A DNA stretch of 64,000 nt from the human T2T-CHM13v2.0 reference genome, Homo sapiens: NCBI RefSeq assembly GCF_009914755.1, contig NC_060934.1. The stretch is one strand, 5' to 3'. The position numbers and the translations under genes were made by a program. Position 1 is the stretch's first letter; each line of letters opens with the position of its first letter. The notes under the pieces are model-generated. The model was given only the letters and a program-made list of their open reading frames with translations, was not told the origin of the DNA and ran no database searches. Shown here piece by piece: positions 1 to 11,699 of the stretch.

Positions 1-130
1 GGCCACTGATGTGTACACTTATGCTGGTCAAAATGGCAAATTTTGTGCTGTGTGTATTTTACTACAATAAAAATATTTTTTAAAGTACCTATGGTAAATT
101 TTATGCTATGTATATTTTACTACAATAAAA
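1..130 (+). mobile_element. Old L1M 3' terminus with tandem duplication of the last ~58 bp
   Basis: ATGG[C/T]AAATTTT..G.T.TGT.TATTTTACTACAATAAAA at 33 and 91; resembles L1MB/L1ME 3' ends. Confidence 0.55.
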
Positions 131-131
131 G

Positions 132-186
132 TTTTTTTTTTTTTTTTTTTTGACGGAGTCCCACTCTGTCTCCCAGGCTGGAGTGC
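132..186 (-). mobile_element. Alu 3'-end fragment with poly(A) tail
   Basis: T20 followed by GACGGAGTCCCACTCTGTCTCCCAGGCTGGAGTGC. Confidence 0.85.
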
Positions 187-294
187 TCTTCACCCATCCA
201 CTGTGCTATTTCTCTTTGAAGTCAGTCAGTCTTGCGGTTCTTTTCCTCTATTTTATAATTTTTTGACTAACTTTTCAAGGACTATAAACAGTTT

Positions 295-300
295 ATTTTT

Positions 301-333
<33 letters not shown>

Positions 334-613
334 GAGACAGAGTCTCGCTCTGTCGCCCAGGCTGGAGTGCAGTGGCGTGATCTCGGCTCACTGCAAGCTC
401 CGCCTCCCGGGTTCACACCATTCTCCTGTCTCAGCCTCCTGAGTAGCTGGGAGTACAGGGGCCCACCACCATTCCTGGCTGATTTTTTGTATTTTTAGTA
501 GAAACGGGGTTTCACCGTGTTGGTCAGGATGGTCTTGAACTCCTGACCTCGTGATCCATGGTGCTCGACCTCCCAAGGTGCTGGGATTACAGGTGTGAGC
601 CACTGCATCCGGC
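295..613 (-). mobile_element. Alu, AluY-like
   Basis: Full dimer with CAAGCTCC/ACACCATT Y-type positions; TSD ACTATAAACAGTTT at 281-294 and 614-627. Confidence 0.95.
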
Positions 614-942
614 ACTATAAACAGTTTTAATGCCTCTACCATCTTGGGTAAAGCTTACCTATCATGAGTTCTACCAGCTTATGTACTTAAACATTTACCT
701 TCCCCACTTCATGGAGTCCACATCCACCACCAGACTTACCTGAAACCATGCTGATCACTCGTTATTTAGTTCTTACAGCTCCACTGAAATGCTCTGGGGA
801 GAAAAAAAGAATGTCTTCCTCACCTCAAAACTCACACACTCTTTTTTTAAACATCTTCTTGTAGCCATTGACATCAGATTCCCTGGTACTTGGTCCACAT
901 GGCTCCATGAGTCCCTGATTCTCACAGCCATGCGGCACACAG

Positions 943-1088
943 AGCGAGGGACCTCTCATGAATGAACGCCCTAGATGCCCACCCCTGTCAAGCGAGGGAC
1001 CTCTCATGAATGAACGCCCTAGATGCCCACCCCTGTCAAGCGAGGGACCTCTCATGAATGAACGCCCTAGATACCCACCCCTGTCAAG
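943..1088. repeat. 48-bp minisatellite, 3 copies
   Basis: AGCGAGGGACCTCTCATGAATGAACGCCCTAGATGCCCACCCCTGTCA at 943, 991, 1039; one mismatch. Confidence 0.97.
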
Positions 1089-1258
1089 TTCAGCACGGCA
1101 AAGACACAGTGGGGACAAGGGCACTGAGGTGGAGCTGAGGCTTTACTGACGGGATATTTTGAATCTGTTCATTGCAAGGCCTCTTCTGTCTATGCTGTCA
1201 CGAAAGGAATAAATAAGGTGTGTTTATAAGTTTTCACAATGGGGACATGTCTTCCCTT

Positions 1259-1260
<2 letters not shown>

Positions 1261-1295
<35 letters not shown>
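1261..1295. repeat. Poly(T)35
   Basis: Mononucleotide run. Confidence 0.97.
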
Positions 1296-1299
<4 letters not shown>

Positions 1300-1454
1300 A
1301 ATACTTCTAAAACTTGGCTGCGGTAATTGAGGCTGCATCACAACACATGAGTACTCTCCAATAATTATACCTCACCTGTTGGGTGTCATACTGTATTATT
1401 ATGCTTTGGGATTCCCTGGAATACCATTTATGCAATGATGGTGATGACATCGGT

Positions 1455-1676
1455 AATAATGGCTAGAGCACTGACTTCATGCCAGAACAACCTAGGGGCT
1501 TCAGACGTGTGTTTAGCTTCTCAACAGCCCCATGAGGTAGGACCCATTTTCCCTTTTGGTGGATGAGAAAATCGAGAAGCGGAAGGTAAGAATTTAGTTC
1601 AAGCTCTTACATCTAGTGAAAACCAGAATTGGGATTTGAACCCACTCAGTCTGGCTCCAGAGCCTGCGCTCAACCG
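1455..1676 (-). mobile_element. MIR SINE
   Basis: CCCCATGAGGTAGG...GATGAGAAAATCGAG...GGGATTTGAACCCACTCAGTCTGGCTCCAGAGCC is the reverse complement of the MIR core. Confidence 0.85.
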
Positions 1677-2764
1677 TGTTGTACACCGACTTGGCTCTAA
1701 CAGATCCACTGCAGTTTCTTCATCAACCTTAGTTTCCCCTTGTTGACTCCTTGTAAATCAGGCACTTGGCAAAATACCTCGATTCACCTGGTGCAGCCAC
1801 ATCATTGAAATACATATGTTCTTTCATTCTACTAAACACAGTAAAAGAGTAATGGTGCTCAACTTCTATGAATTTGCTAATAAAGATATTATAGTCACAT
1901 AAAACTTGTTCTTTGGGTTTCATTTAGAAATAATATTTACACATTCATTCATCTTATCAGTTATTTGCATAGGCATTAAGCACAGAAAATGTGGGTATAT
2001 AAATAGTGATAAAGTTAATCTTTGCTTTAAAATAAATTATCGTTTAGTAGAGTTCTTCATTTTTAACATTTTATTTTGTTTTATTTTCATGAGGTTCTCT
2101 TTTCCTGTTACTGAAAGGAATTTCTGGAGGTCAGACAGAAGTAGTTCATTACATAGACAAAGAGACTACAAATCAATACCCCTCAAGAAAGATTAAGGTG
2201 CTATGAGACTGTCTTGGTATTTGTAGAGAATCATATGAAAGTCAGTTTTTTAGCTAGTGGCTGAATCAAAATTTGCTTCATTTATAGATAGGTACAGATA
2301 TGGATAGCATTTTTAAAACTACCACTAGACACTATATTATATTTATTTTACTGTCTTTCCCACTAACTAGGCTAAAGTTGTAAAGGCCTGTCTCAATTAA
2401 AAAGAAATAGATTGGGTTCTAACAAAAGCAAGTGTGTTTTATCAACATATTCTTCCTATTAATTTTATTACCAGAAGTAGAAGGCATATGGGAGGCATGG
2501 TTTTATTTCAGGATGCTTGGAAGATTACATTGCATAGAATTATATTATGCTAAACAAATTGACATAAAATGTGACAGAAAAGGAAAATATGTGCTAATAG
2601 TCTGCAGACAGGCAGGGTCTGTGTGACCTGAGGATGCATTTGGTTCAGGGGCAGAGAGAGCGGGACCCCCAGTATGTGGGACCCCCAATGTGCAGAGCCA
2701 CACCATGGAGGTAGCGGTCACAGCCCTGGGACGGGAAGGATGAATAGGAGACAACGTCAGCTAA

Positions 2765-2880
2765 AGCAACGGGTTTCAAACATGGATCTCAGCCCCATCT
2801 GGAGGGATTCTGATTCAGTAATGGGCTGAAAACCCCAAGATGCTTGCTTTTACAAAGCTCTCCAGAAGGTTCTGAAAGGT
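2765..2880. mobile_element. MER5-like hAT-Charlie MITE fragment
   Basis: GATTCTGATTCAGTA...TGCTTTTACAAAGCTCTCCAGAAGGTTCTG resembles MER5. Confidence 0.4.
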
Positions 2881-4777
2881 AGGTTCAGGAAGGATCAAAC
2901 TGAATCTTAAGGAAAATCCACACTTAGGAAACAAGAGGAAGAAATAAACTCAGAAGGAAATATCTATGTGTCTGTCACTATCATCATCCTATTTTGCCAC
3001 TTGAGGAAATTAGTTTTTTAAAGAGGTTAACTAAGTTTCTCAAGAGGGCTGAAGAGGGAAGGAGCAGGACAGTCACTGGAATTCCAGTGTGTCTGTTACA
3101 AAGTGTCCATTTTATCCTCTTTGCCTACTGCATCCTTTGAACAAGATAAAGTGGAAGAAATCAGACAGGAGTCCAGGGAAGGGGTTAATGGCTGGAGTCA
3201 TGAGCTCCATCACTTGCGTAAGGCCAGGAAAGCCCAGATCAGACTCTCTAGAGAGACAGCCTGGGCATTGCAGAATTCAGAAGTTGAGTAGAAACAGGCA
3301 AATCTCACTGGAGATTTCTGGGAATTGATTAGTAGTGACTTTCTGGTATTATTAACAAAATGTGGAGGTTTTTAATGAGGAAATGAGAAAGATAAAATCC
3401 AATGCAAGGTGGGGATATGATTTTAAAAAATTAACTGTTTGTCTAACAGCACAGAGAAGAACAAGAGGATGGGGGTTAGTTCATTATCCCTGCATGAAAT
3501 CCTGCAAATGAGTGTTCTCATTCCAGCTTCCAATTTAATATCTGAAAACCTAAGGGCAGATTTCAAGAGAATTATGTCCTTTTTCTAAGAAAGTCTATTT
3601 CATAACCGAGTGTCTGAAATATCTTACCTTTTGATTTTAAAGTATTAAAAAACTGATTTAATTATGTGCATGGTGCCTTGGCCCACAGACAATAAATTTG
3701 AACTAACAGTGTGCTTCTGTGTCTGTAGGTGGCCAAGGCTAAACGTGGAACAAGATACAGGATTCTCATTGTGTGTAGGAAGGAGGCCACAAGGTGTTTA
3801 TGGCAACTGGGGTCTGGAATATATTTGGAGGGAGAACTTGGCAAGTTATTGATGATTAATGTCTACTTTCACCATAGACGATGAATGTTCAAGTTGGCGG
3901 TGGCTCATCCCAACAGGAAGAACATGTCCACAGCAGTTCCTTCCTTCCCGGCGGGTGCAGTTACTTTGCCCCATCCACTGCGTAGTGCAGTTACTTCTCT
4001 CCATCCACTGTGAACACTGTCCCTGCGTCTCTTCCAAACCCCCCACATCAGAAGGGGGACTTCTTCTCATGGGTGGTTTATTTCCAAGGTGTGCTCAGAG
4101 GCAGAGTAGATAACTACTGTTGGCTCTACTCTTTCTCCTCACCTAGGGAAGCACATTGTCCTGCTGAAAATTATAAAATTATCATTAATATTGTTTAAAT
4201 AATACATTATATTTTAAAGTGTGCCTATTACATAAACCAAAAATATTTTAGGTTCTTAAGATGAGAACATAAGAATATTCTGAAGGAAAGTCCACAACAA
4301 TAATGTATGTTTTGATAAATGTACCCAAAGATTTAGAGAATTTCACTTTGAGTAAGAATATGAAGTAGGAATTTAAATATAGGCAGCCATAGAGGCATCT
4401 AAATGCGATCGTTGTGCATGGCACTAGAAGAAAGGATTTACAAACCACCCAGTGGAATTTTGATCTTATCAGAACATACTTTAAACTTTTTCTCAATAGC
4501 TCTTTTAGCCACTCATCTCTGGACAAAACCATTGTAGCAGACTATGGGGGGTAAATAAATCTGCTTTTCACTGTAGTATTACGTATAGTATGTAGTAGTA
4601 TTACATTTGCAAGTTGAGTTTCCAGAATCAAAACAAACTAGAAAACTGAGATTCTAAATTTTCTGGGTAACAGTTCCAATTATTTTAGTTTACTTTTAGA
4701 GATTTAGACTGGGCCATATCTTGAGCTCCATTGCTAAGCAGGGGGAGGTAATGTAAAGAAGAAATATGTAGGGCTTA

Positions 4778-5550
4778 TAGATGATAGATAGATAGATAGA
4801 TAGAGATTAGATAGATGATAGCTAAATAGTAATAGCTAGCTTGTTAGATGATGGTGATAGAGGATAGGTAAATAGTGATAGATAGATACATAGATAGATA
4901 GCTACATAGATGGACAGATGATAGGGATAGGTGATAGGTAAACAGTGATAGATAGATAGATAGATAGATAGATACATAGGTAGATGACAGAGATAGATAG
5001 ATGATAGGTAAATTGTGATAGACAGATGATAGTGATAGATAGGAGAGAGATAATAAAGATAGATAGATAGATGATAGCTAAATAGTGATAGCTACTTTGC
5101 TAGATACATGATAGTGATAGATGATAGGTAAACAGTGATAGATAGACGATAGATAGATAATTGATAGACATAGATGATAGGTAACTAGTGATGATAGATA
5201 GATATGAATAATAGGTAAGTAGTGATAGATTAGATGATAGAAAGAGATAGATCATAGGTAAATAGTGATAGATTATAGATAGAGATAGGTTGGTAGATGA
5301 TAGAGATATATGGTAGGTAAACAGAGATAGCTAGCTAGATGATAGATGGATAAGACAGATAGATGATAGATAAATAGATAGATATAGATAGATAAATAGA
5401 TATGATAGGGAAATAGTGATAGCTAGATAGATGATAGGTAAACAATGATAGATGGATAGACAGATGATAGAGATAGATGATAGGTAAAGAGTGATAGCTA
5501 GATAGAAAAATAGATAGATGATAGATAGATAGATGATGGAGATGATAAAC
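4778..5550. repeat. Degenerate (GATA/TAGA)n array
   Basis: ~770 bp of GATA runs interspersed with GATAGGTAAA[T/C]AGTGATA-like motifs. Confidence 0.95.
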
Positions 5551-5616
5551 ATATATATGCCTAAAAGAATCCTGAGCTAAGTGCTACATAATAAGGTAAT
5601 ATTTAATAATAGCTCA

Positions 5617-5974
<358 letters not shown>

Positions 5975-6894
5975 TTCCAAACTAGCTTTCATATTAATGC
6001 TGTTTCCAAATATGCTTAGTTGTGAACGGCGAACCTCTAATACGAGCGCGTAATAGCATGAAGAGACACGGTGCACTCAGCGCACATGCATGGGTGTTTC
6101 TCATGAACTCATCTGTAACATGCTGCCCCACAGCAGCTTGACTCCCTCCAAAAGGCCTGTCTGCGGTGGGGATTATCACACACTTTATGAAAATCATTTC
6201 TGGGGTTGTGCAGGGGAAGCATCGGAATGTATAACTCGGAAAATGTCTTGTCATTGTTGGGACATGATGAGCCGTAGTTTTCTAAAAAGTGGGAAAACAG
6301 CGAAACTGTTTAGAAACAAATGAAACACGTCATTATTCCATTTCAGAATTGCTGGTTTAGCAGTCATTATCCTTAATGGTTCCCTTGAACAGCTGAACAA
6401 AAACCTAAAGGGGCATATTTAAGAGATCTGAAATGATCACTTCTTCATCTGTCTGTTGCATAAGATGCACGGCCTTCAAATCAAAACAGAAGAGTTTGTC
6501 CTCATTAAGCGACAGGGCGCAGCCAGTAGGCAGCCGCGGGAGGGGTGTCCTCGTGTCTGGCACGGTGGAGCGGAGCATTGCATCCGCTCATAAACACCGC
6601 AGAGTGTATTACAAGAACAGCAAAGATAAAGAAAAATCATGTTCAGATTTAATTATTATCAACAAATTGACTGTTCTTCTTCATTTTTAATGACTTGTTT
6701 TGTTGCAGAGATGCTGCTTTATTCTGGAGAACTGCCCTGATATCTGACACCACCCCAATATTTCTTGAGGTGGGAAGAAAGACTATGGGCATTTTCGCTG
6801 GATGGCCCTTCATCTTGAGGGATAGTCCCACACCCTGAGGGACATTAGAACCCTGTTTCTTGTCCTAAATGCCACTGGCATTGCTCAGTAATAT

Positions 6895-6942
6895 CAAAAC
6901 AAAACAAAACAAAACAAAACAAAACAAACAAACAAAAACAAA
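6895..6942. repeat. (CAAAA)n/(CAAA)n microsatellite
   Basis: Direct inspection. Confidence 0.95.
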
Positions 6943-6974
6943 GCAGAACCAACCCCCACACAGTCCTCCACACA

Positions 6975-6998
6975 GATGATAGAGATAGATAGATAGAT

Positions 6999-7051
<53 letters not shown>

Positions 7052-7061
7052 ATAGAGATAG
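6975..7061. repeat. (GATA)n tetranucleotide STR
   Basis: 13 uninterrupted GATA units at 6999-7050 with imperfect flanks. Confidence 0.97.
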
Positions 7062-7564
7062 GCTGCATTTCCATCCACCATGCAGCTGTGGGACCACAGA
7101 TTCCTCCAGGGAAGAAAGGATCTCCACTGGTATGCCTGCAAACAAGCCAGCAGCAACGCACTTCAGCAAGAAATGCTTGTAAGTTGTCCTTGTTTCTACA
7201 AACCCAGAGCCTTCGTGACCTGTAGATGTCTAACAGTTTCTTCGTTATACCTGAGTTATGCAAGTGCAAACCAACCAATGCCTGGGTTTCACATACATGC
7301 CAATGTGTGTCCATCCAGTCCCAGAGGCATCTGTCCCTCCTACATTTCTATACGGAGTCTCTCTCTACTCTTCTTTGCTTTAATGTCTACGTATCTAATC
7401 CTTCCCTCATATTGCTCTGATTACCCTTCCATATAAATCTATTTTCCATCCTCCCTTTTTTTTTTTTTACTTCCGTCTTTTCTTCCAAAAAGTAGTAGCT
7501 GCTGTGTAAGGATAACCCTGGACTCTTTGGAACTCAGGATACAGGCATTAAACATGGGTCCATG

Positions 7565-7568
<4 letters not shown>

Positions 7569-7612
<44 letters not shown>
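7569..7612. repeat. (CA)22 microsatellite
   Basis: Direct inspection. Confidence 0.97.
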
Positions 7613-7615
<3 letters not shown>

Positions 7616-8034
7616 TTCAGTTTGAGTTGAGATGGGGGTCAGAGTTCCAGGCAGCAGAGCATGCTCAAATGCACTGTGGAAAAAGGAAGGTGAACTCAGT
7701 TCAGAATCTAAAGTGGGTCCTCTGGGCGCAGAGGAGAGCAAGAGCCAGCAGGGAAGACACATGGTCACTGCAGCTGGACCAGGAGAGACCTCAAGCCATA
7801 TTCAAGTGTTCACAATTCATCTAAGCTCCTGGAGTCGCTTCCTGGCCTTTCCACACTTACACTAGCTCTTTGCACATTTCAAAGCCCACTTCTGGTCATT
7901 GCTCTGCTCAAAGAAATCACAGGTGAATCCATTTCCTTCTTCTCCTGAATCCTTGGCATTTCTGGTCTGTGATGCATGTTTTGAGTGTGTGCTGGGTTGA
8001 GCAGGTTTGCTATTTGTTTATCTCACTTACTTAA

Positions 8035-8390
8035 GTGTCCTTTGGTCTTAGCATGGATTTCCTAGAAGCAGAGCCGGATGGGGGCTATTTTTGTGCAGGT
8101 GATTTGTTGAGGGAGGATGCTTGGATGAGCCTGAATGGGAGTGAGGGGCAGGGGCTGGGCCGGGGAGCAGCAGAGCACTCTTCAGGGAGATGGGTGGGAT
8201 CTCTGGCCATGGAGGAGTGGGTTGTTTCCCCTTGGAGCAGGAGCCTGGGCTTGTATACCATATTCTGGCAGCCACCGGTGGGCACCCCAGGAGCGTGCAG
8301 TCTCCTGCACTCCCCCAACAAGACGGCCCCCATTAGGCCTTGGTGATTTTCAGAAGAGCATAACTGTGAGCTGCTAACAACCAACTCCGG
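8035..8390. mobile_element. Possible ancient ERVL-class LTR fragment
   Basis: TTCCTAGAAGCAGAGCC...GTGCAGGTGATTTGTTGAGGGAG pattern recalls old ERVL LTRs; family not determined. Confidence 0.3.
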
Positions 8391-8594
8391 AATACTTGCC
8401 AGCTACCTGCCCGGGCTTCATGTTGTCCTCTGGGCCATTGGCTTGCTGGGATCCCAGGGCATGACTATTATCTTTGTAATTGTGTAATTTCTCACCTAAT
8501 ATGCAAAGCCAAATCACTCGCAGTTATGCAGCAAATGAGCATAAATGTTGGCATTTGAAAGGAACTTAATACCAAGGAATCGTTTTCATGACAG

Positions 8595-8895
8595 TAGACT
8601 TGTTAGATTATATATCTTATTTAACATCATTATGTAACAATGTAGATCCTATATAGAGTAGTGATATTATTCAGATATTGCATTGTATTTAATATAATTG
8701 ATATCACTATAATTATAGAAAATTACATCTTATATATTATATAGACTTGTTAGATTATATATCTTATTTAACATTATATAACAATATAGATCATATATAG
8801 TTATATTATCCACATATTGCATTTTATTTAATATAATTGATATCACTATAATTATAGAACATTGCATATTATATATTAAATAGACTTGTTACATT
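8595..8895. repeat. AT-rich ~140-147-bp tandem duplication (2.1 copies)
   Basis: TAGACTTGTTA at 8595, 8742, 8881 with colinear downstream sequence. Confidence 0.9.
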
Positions 8896-9268
8896 ACACG
8901 TTACATTATTTTAAGATACTTATGTTAGTAAAATTATATAGTAATATGTTATATTTTATTATACATTATACTATGTAGGCTTGTTAAATATATTGTATAT
9001 TGCTCTTTTATTCTGTACTTTTCTTTGTATGAGTATTTGCTTAAATGATTTTCTCAACTGTTTAGAGATCTGCAACTTTATCCATAAGAGACCCTGTTCA
9101 TATCCATGAAGCCTCTGCTAACGCCCATCAGGATTCACCCCCGTTCCTCCTTTGCCCTAAACTTTTACTCTGGGCCTCTGCTTTGACTCTGCCCCTAACC
9201 TCCTCCTTATGTACCCTGTGCTTTTGTGTGGACTCACATCCATCCTCACAGTCTCCTAGCTAAATGAC

Positions 9269-9619
9269 TGATAAGGTTGACTCTGTGTCCCCATCCAAAT
9301 GTCATCCTGAATTGTAATCCAGGTGTGTTGAGGGAGGGACCTGGTGGGAGGTGATTGGATCTTGAAGGTGGTCTCCCCCGATGCTGTTCTTGTAATAGTG
9401 AATGAGTTCTCACAAGGTTTGATGCTTTAGTAGTGTTTGGCAGTTCCTCCCTCGCTCCTGCTGCCATGTAAGATGTGCCTTGCTTCCCCTTCCACCGTGA
9501 TTATAAGTTTCCTGAGGCCTCCCAGCCATGTGAAACTGTGAGCCAATTAAACCTCTTTCCTTTATAAATTACCTAGTCTTAGGTAGTTCTTCATAGCAGT
9601 GTGAAAATGGACTAACACA
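9269..9619 (+). mobile_element. MaLR solo LTR (MSTA/THE1D-like)
   Basis: TGATAAGGTT...GGACTAACACA termini; AATTAAACCTCTTTCCTTTATAAATTACC; 5-bp TSD ATGAC/ATGAT. Confidence 0.9.
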
Positions 9620-9750
9620 ATGATGTTGAGTAACTTGATGTCATCATGCTTTAGTTCCTGTCTCTAAAATGAGATAATAGTGGTGCCTATTTCAGGTGGT
9701 TTTGTGAGAACTGAATGAAATAAACTTAGTGAATCACTTCAAAGCATGTC
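9620..9750 (+). mobile_element. MIR fragment, interrupted by the preceding LTR
   Basis: TTTAGTTCCTGTCTCTAAAATGAGATAATAGTGGTGCCTATTTCAGGTGGTTTTGTGAGAACTGAATGA is the MIR core. Confidence 0.7.
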
Positions 9751-10340
9751 TCACTCTGAGCCACCAGCCAATGCATGATAGTTATATTTAGTTCTCTTGA
9801 CTTATCATTGAATTTCCCCTGGGGGCTGAACCAGCATTTTCTGCAGAGTAGTCCCTTTATCAGTTTGTGGGAAGAGTGAACTTTTCTTGTCTTCCTCTTT
9901 GTTTCTGGGCTCAGGGTATCTTCCTCTGACAGTATTTGTCCAAACCCTATTTTTAAAGACATAGCTCAAATCCTTCTATGCATTGCCTTTCCCAGCTATT
10001 TCAGTTCTCACTAATTTGTCTCCTTCCAACTTTGACAGTACATGGACTATGTTCTACACAATTTAGCACTCAATTACATGCTGTCTTATATTCACATTTG
10101 TGTCATGTATTATAATCATCTTCTTAAATACATTGTTAACTCCTTGAGGGTATCACATTGAAAGCCATTAAAACTGTCACAAAGCTTAGCTCAACTCTGA
10201 GATCAGAGTAGTCTTCAAGAGAAATTTTGCTGATTCTTCTATTTGTCAAATATTTATTGAGCATGTACTTGATGCACTATGTGGGTGAGGTAGTATCTTA
10301 GAAGACAGGAAGGATGCTCACATAGAAATCTTTTCAAAGA

Positions 10341-10645
10341 GACCAGGCATGGTGGCTCACACCTGTAATCACAGCACTTTGGGAGGTCAAGGCGGACGGA
10401 TCACTTGAGATCAGGAGTTCGAAACCAGCCTGCCCAACATGGTGAAACCCTGTTTCTACTAAAAATACAAAAATTAGTTGGGTGTGCGGTGGTGGTGGGC
10501 ACCTGTAATTCCAGCTACTCAGGAGGCTGAGATAGGAGAATCACTTGAACCCGGGAGGCGAGGTTGCAGTGAGCCGAGATTGCGCCACTGCCCTCCAGCC
10601 TGGGCAACAGAGTGAGAATCCGACTCAAAAAAAAAAAAAAAAAAA
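10341..10645 (+). mobile_element. AluS (Sx/Sz-like)
   Basis: Full dimer and poly(A); TSD AAATCTT[T/G]TCAAAGA. Confidence 0.95.
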
Positions 10646-11699
10646 GCAAATCTTGTCAAAGAAAATGATGACTGCATTAAACAGGAAGGGTGCATTCTCA
10701 GAAAACATGCCAAGAGCTCCAAGGCTGGAGGTGCCCAGGGGCTTTCTCAGGTCCCCTCTGGTCTTCACGGACACTGCACTGGGATGAAGGGTGATGGTCT
10801 TGCTCCTGTCCCAGGTGAGATCCGGCCAGGCTTTGGAAGCTGGAGGCTCTCACACCCCACCCAGCCCAGCGCACTCTTGGGCTCACAGTTCAGGCTGCCT
10901 GGCTCAGTCCTCCAGGTGGTGAGTGCTCTTCCCTGCCACTGGCATCCTGGGGGAACTGTGCTTATGCATGATCATGAGGAGAGCCGTCTGCACACTGTTC
11001 TTCCTGCAGGAAGCAGCGATTGAGTGAGCAGGCTGGGCTGCAGAGTCCAGGAGTGAGGGATGTTTTAGAGATCAGGAGCATCTGCAGTGATGGAATCGAA
11101 TGCTCCAAGTGATCAGTGGCACATTTTAAATGCTTTCTCTCTAGGAAGTTGAAATATTGGAAATAGGATATGTGATGATCCCACATCTCAAATAATGACA
11201 AGCATGCCCTGGTTTTAGAAATCTTTTCTATATATGATTTTTGGATACACATCCAAAGCATGTTTTTGAGATACACAAATTTATTTTCAGCCTGAGTGCC
11301 CGGTACTTACCTCATGCACACACAAGTCATGTTAGAAAAAAATACATATTATTTCCTTCACTGGAAACTTCTATCAAAATAATCTCCCAAATCACTGTCA
11401 GAAAAAAAATAACGAAAACTTAGTTCACCAAACTATTATTGATAGCAATGTAATTATCTTGCTAACAGAAGTGCACTTTAGAATGACATCTTATTTGTAG
11501 TGCTGATTACAAAACATTTAATTATGACAGGTTGAAACGCATTTTGTTAAATTACATGAAAAAGTTTGAGTAGTGAAGGGTTGGCTTGTTGACCTATAAA
11601 ATTCAATATGATATTTCACCATTGAGTGACACATTCAGGAGAAAGAGAATTGCGTTCAATATAGTTTTACCTTCCTTATTAGCTAAATTTTATTTGTAG

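Noticed and set aside
8269-8287. CTCF-like motif CAGCCACCGGTGGGCACCC
   Set aside because: Mismatches at core positions; cannot be supported without PWM scoring or ChIP
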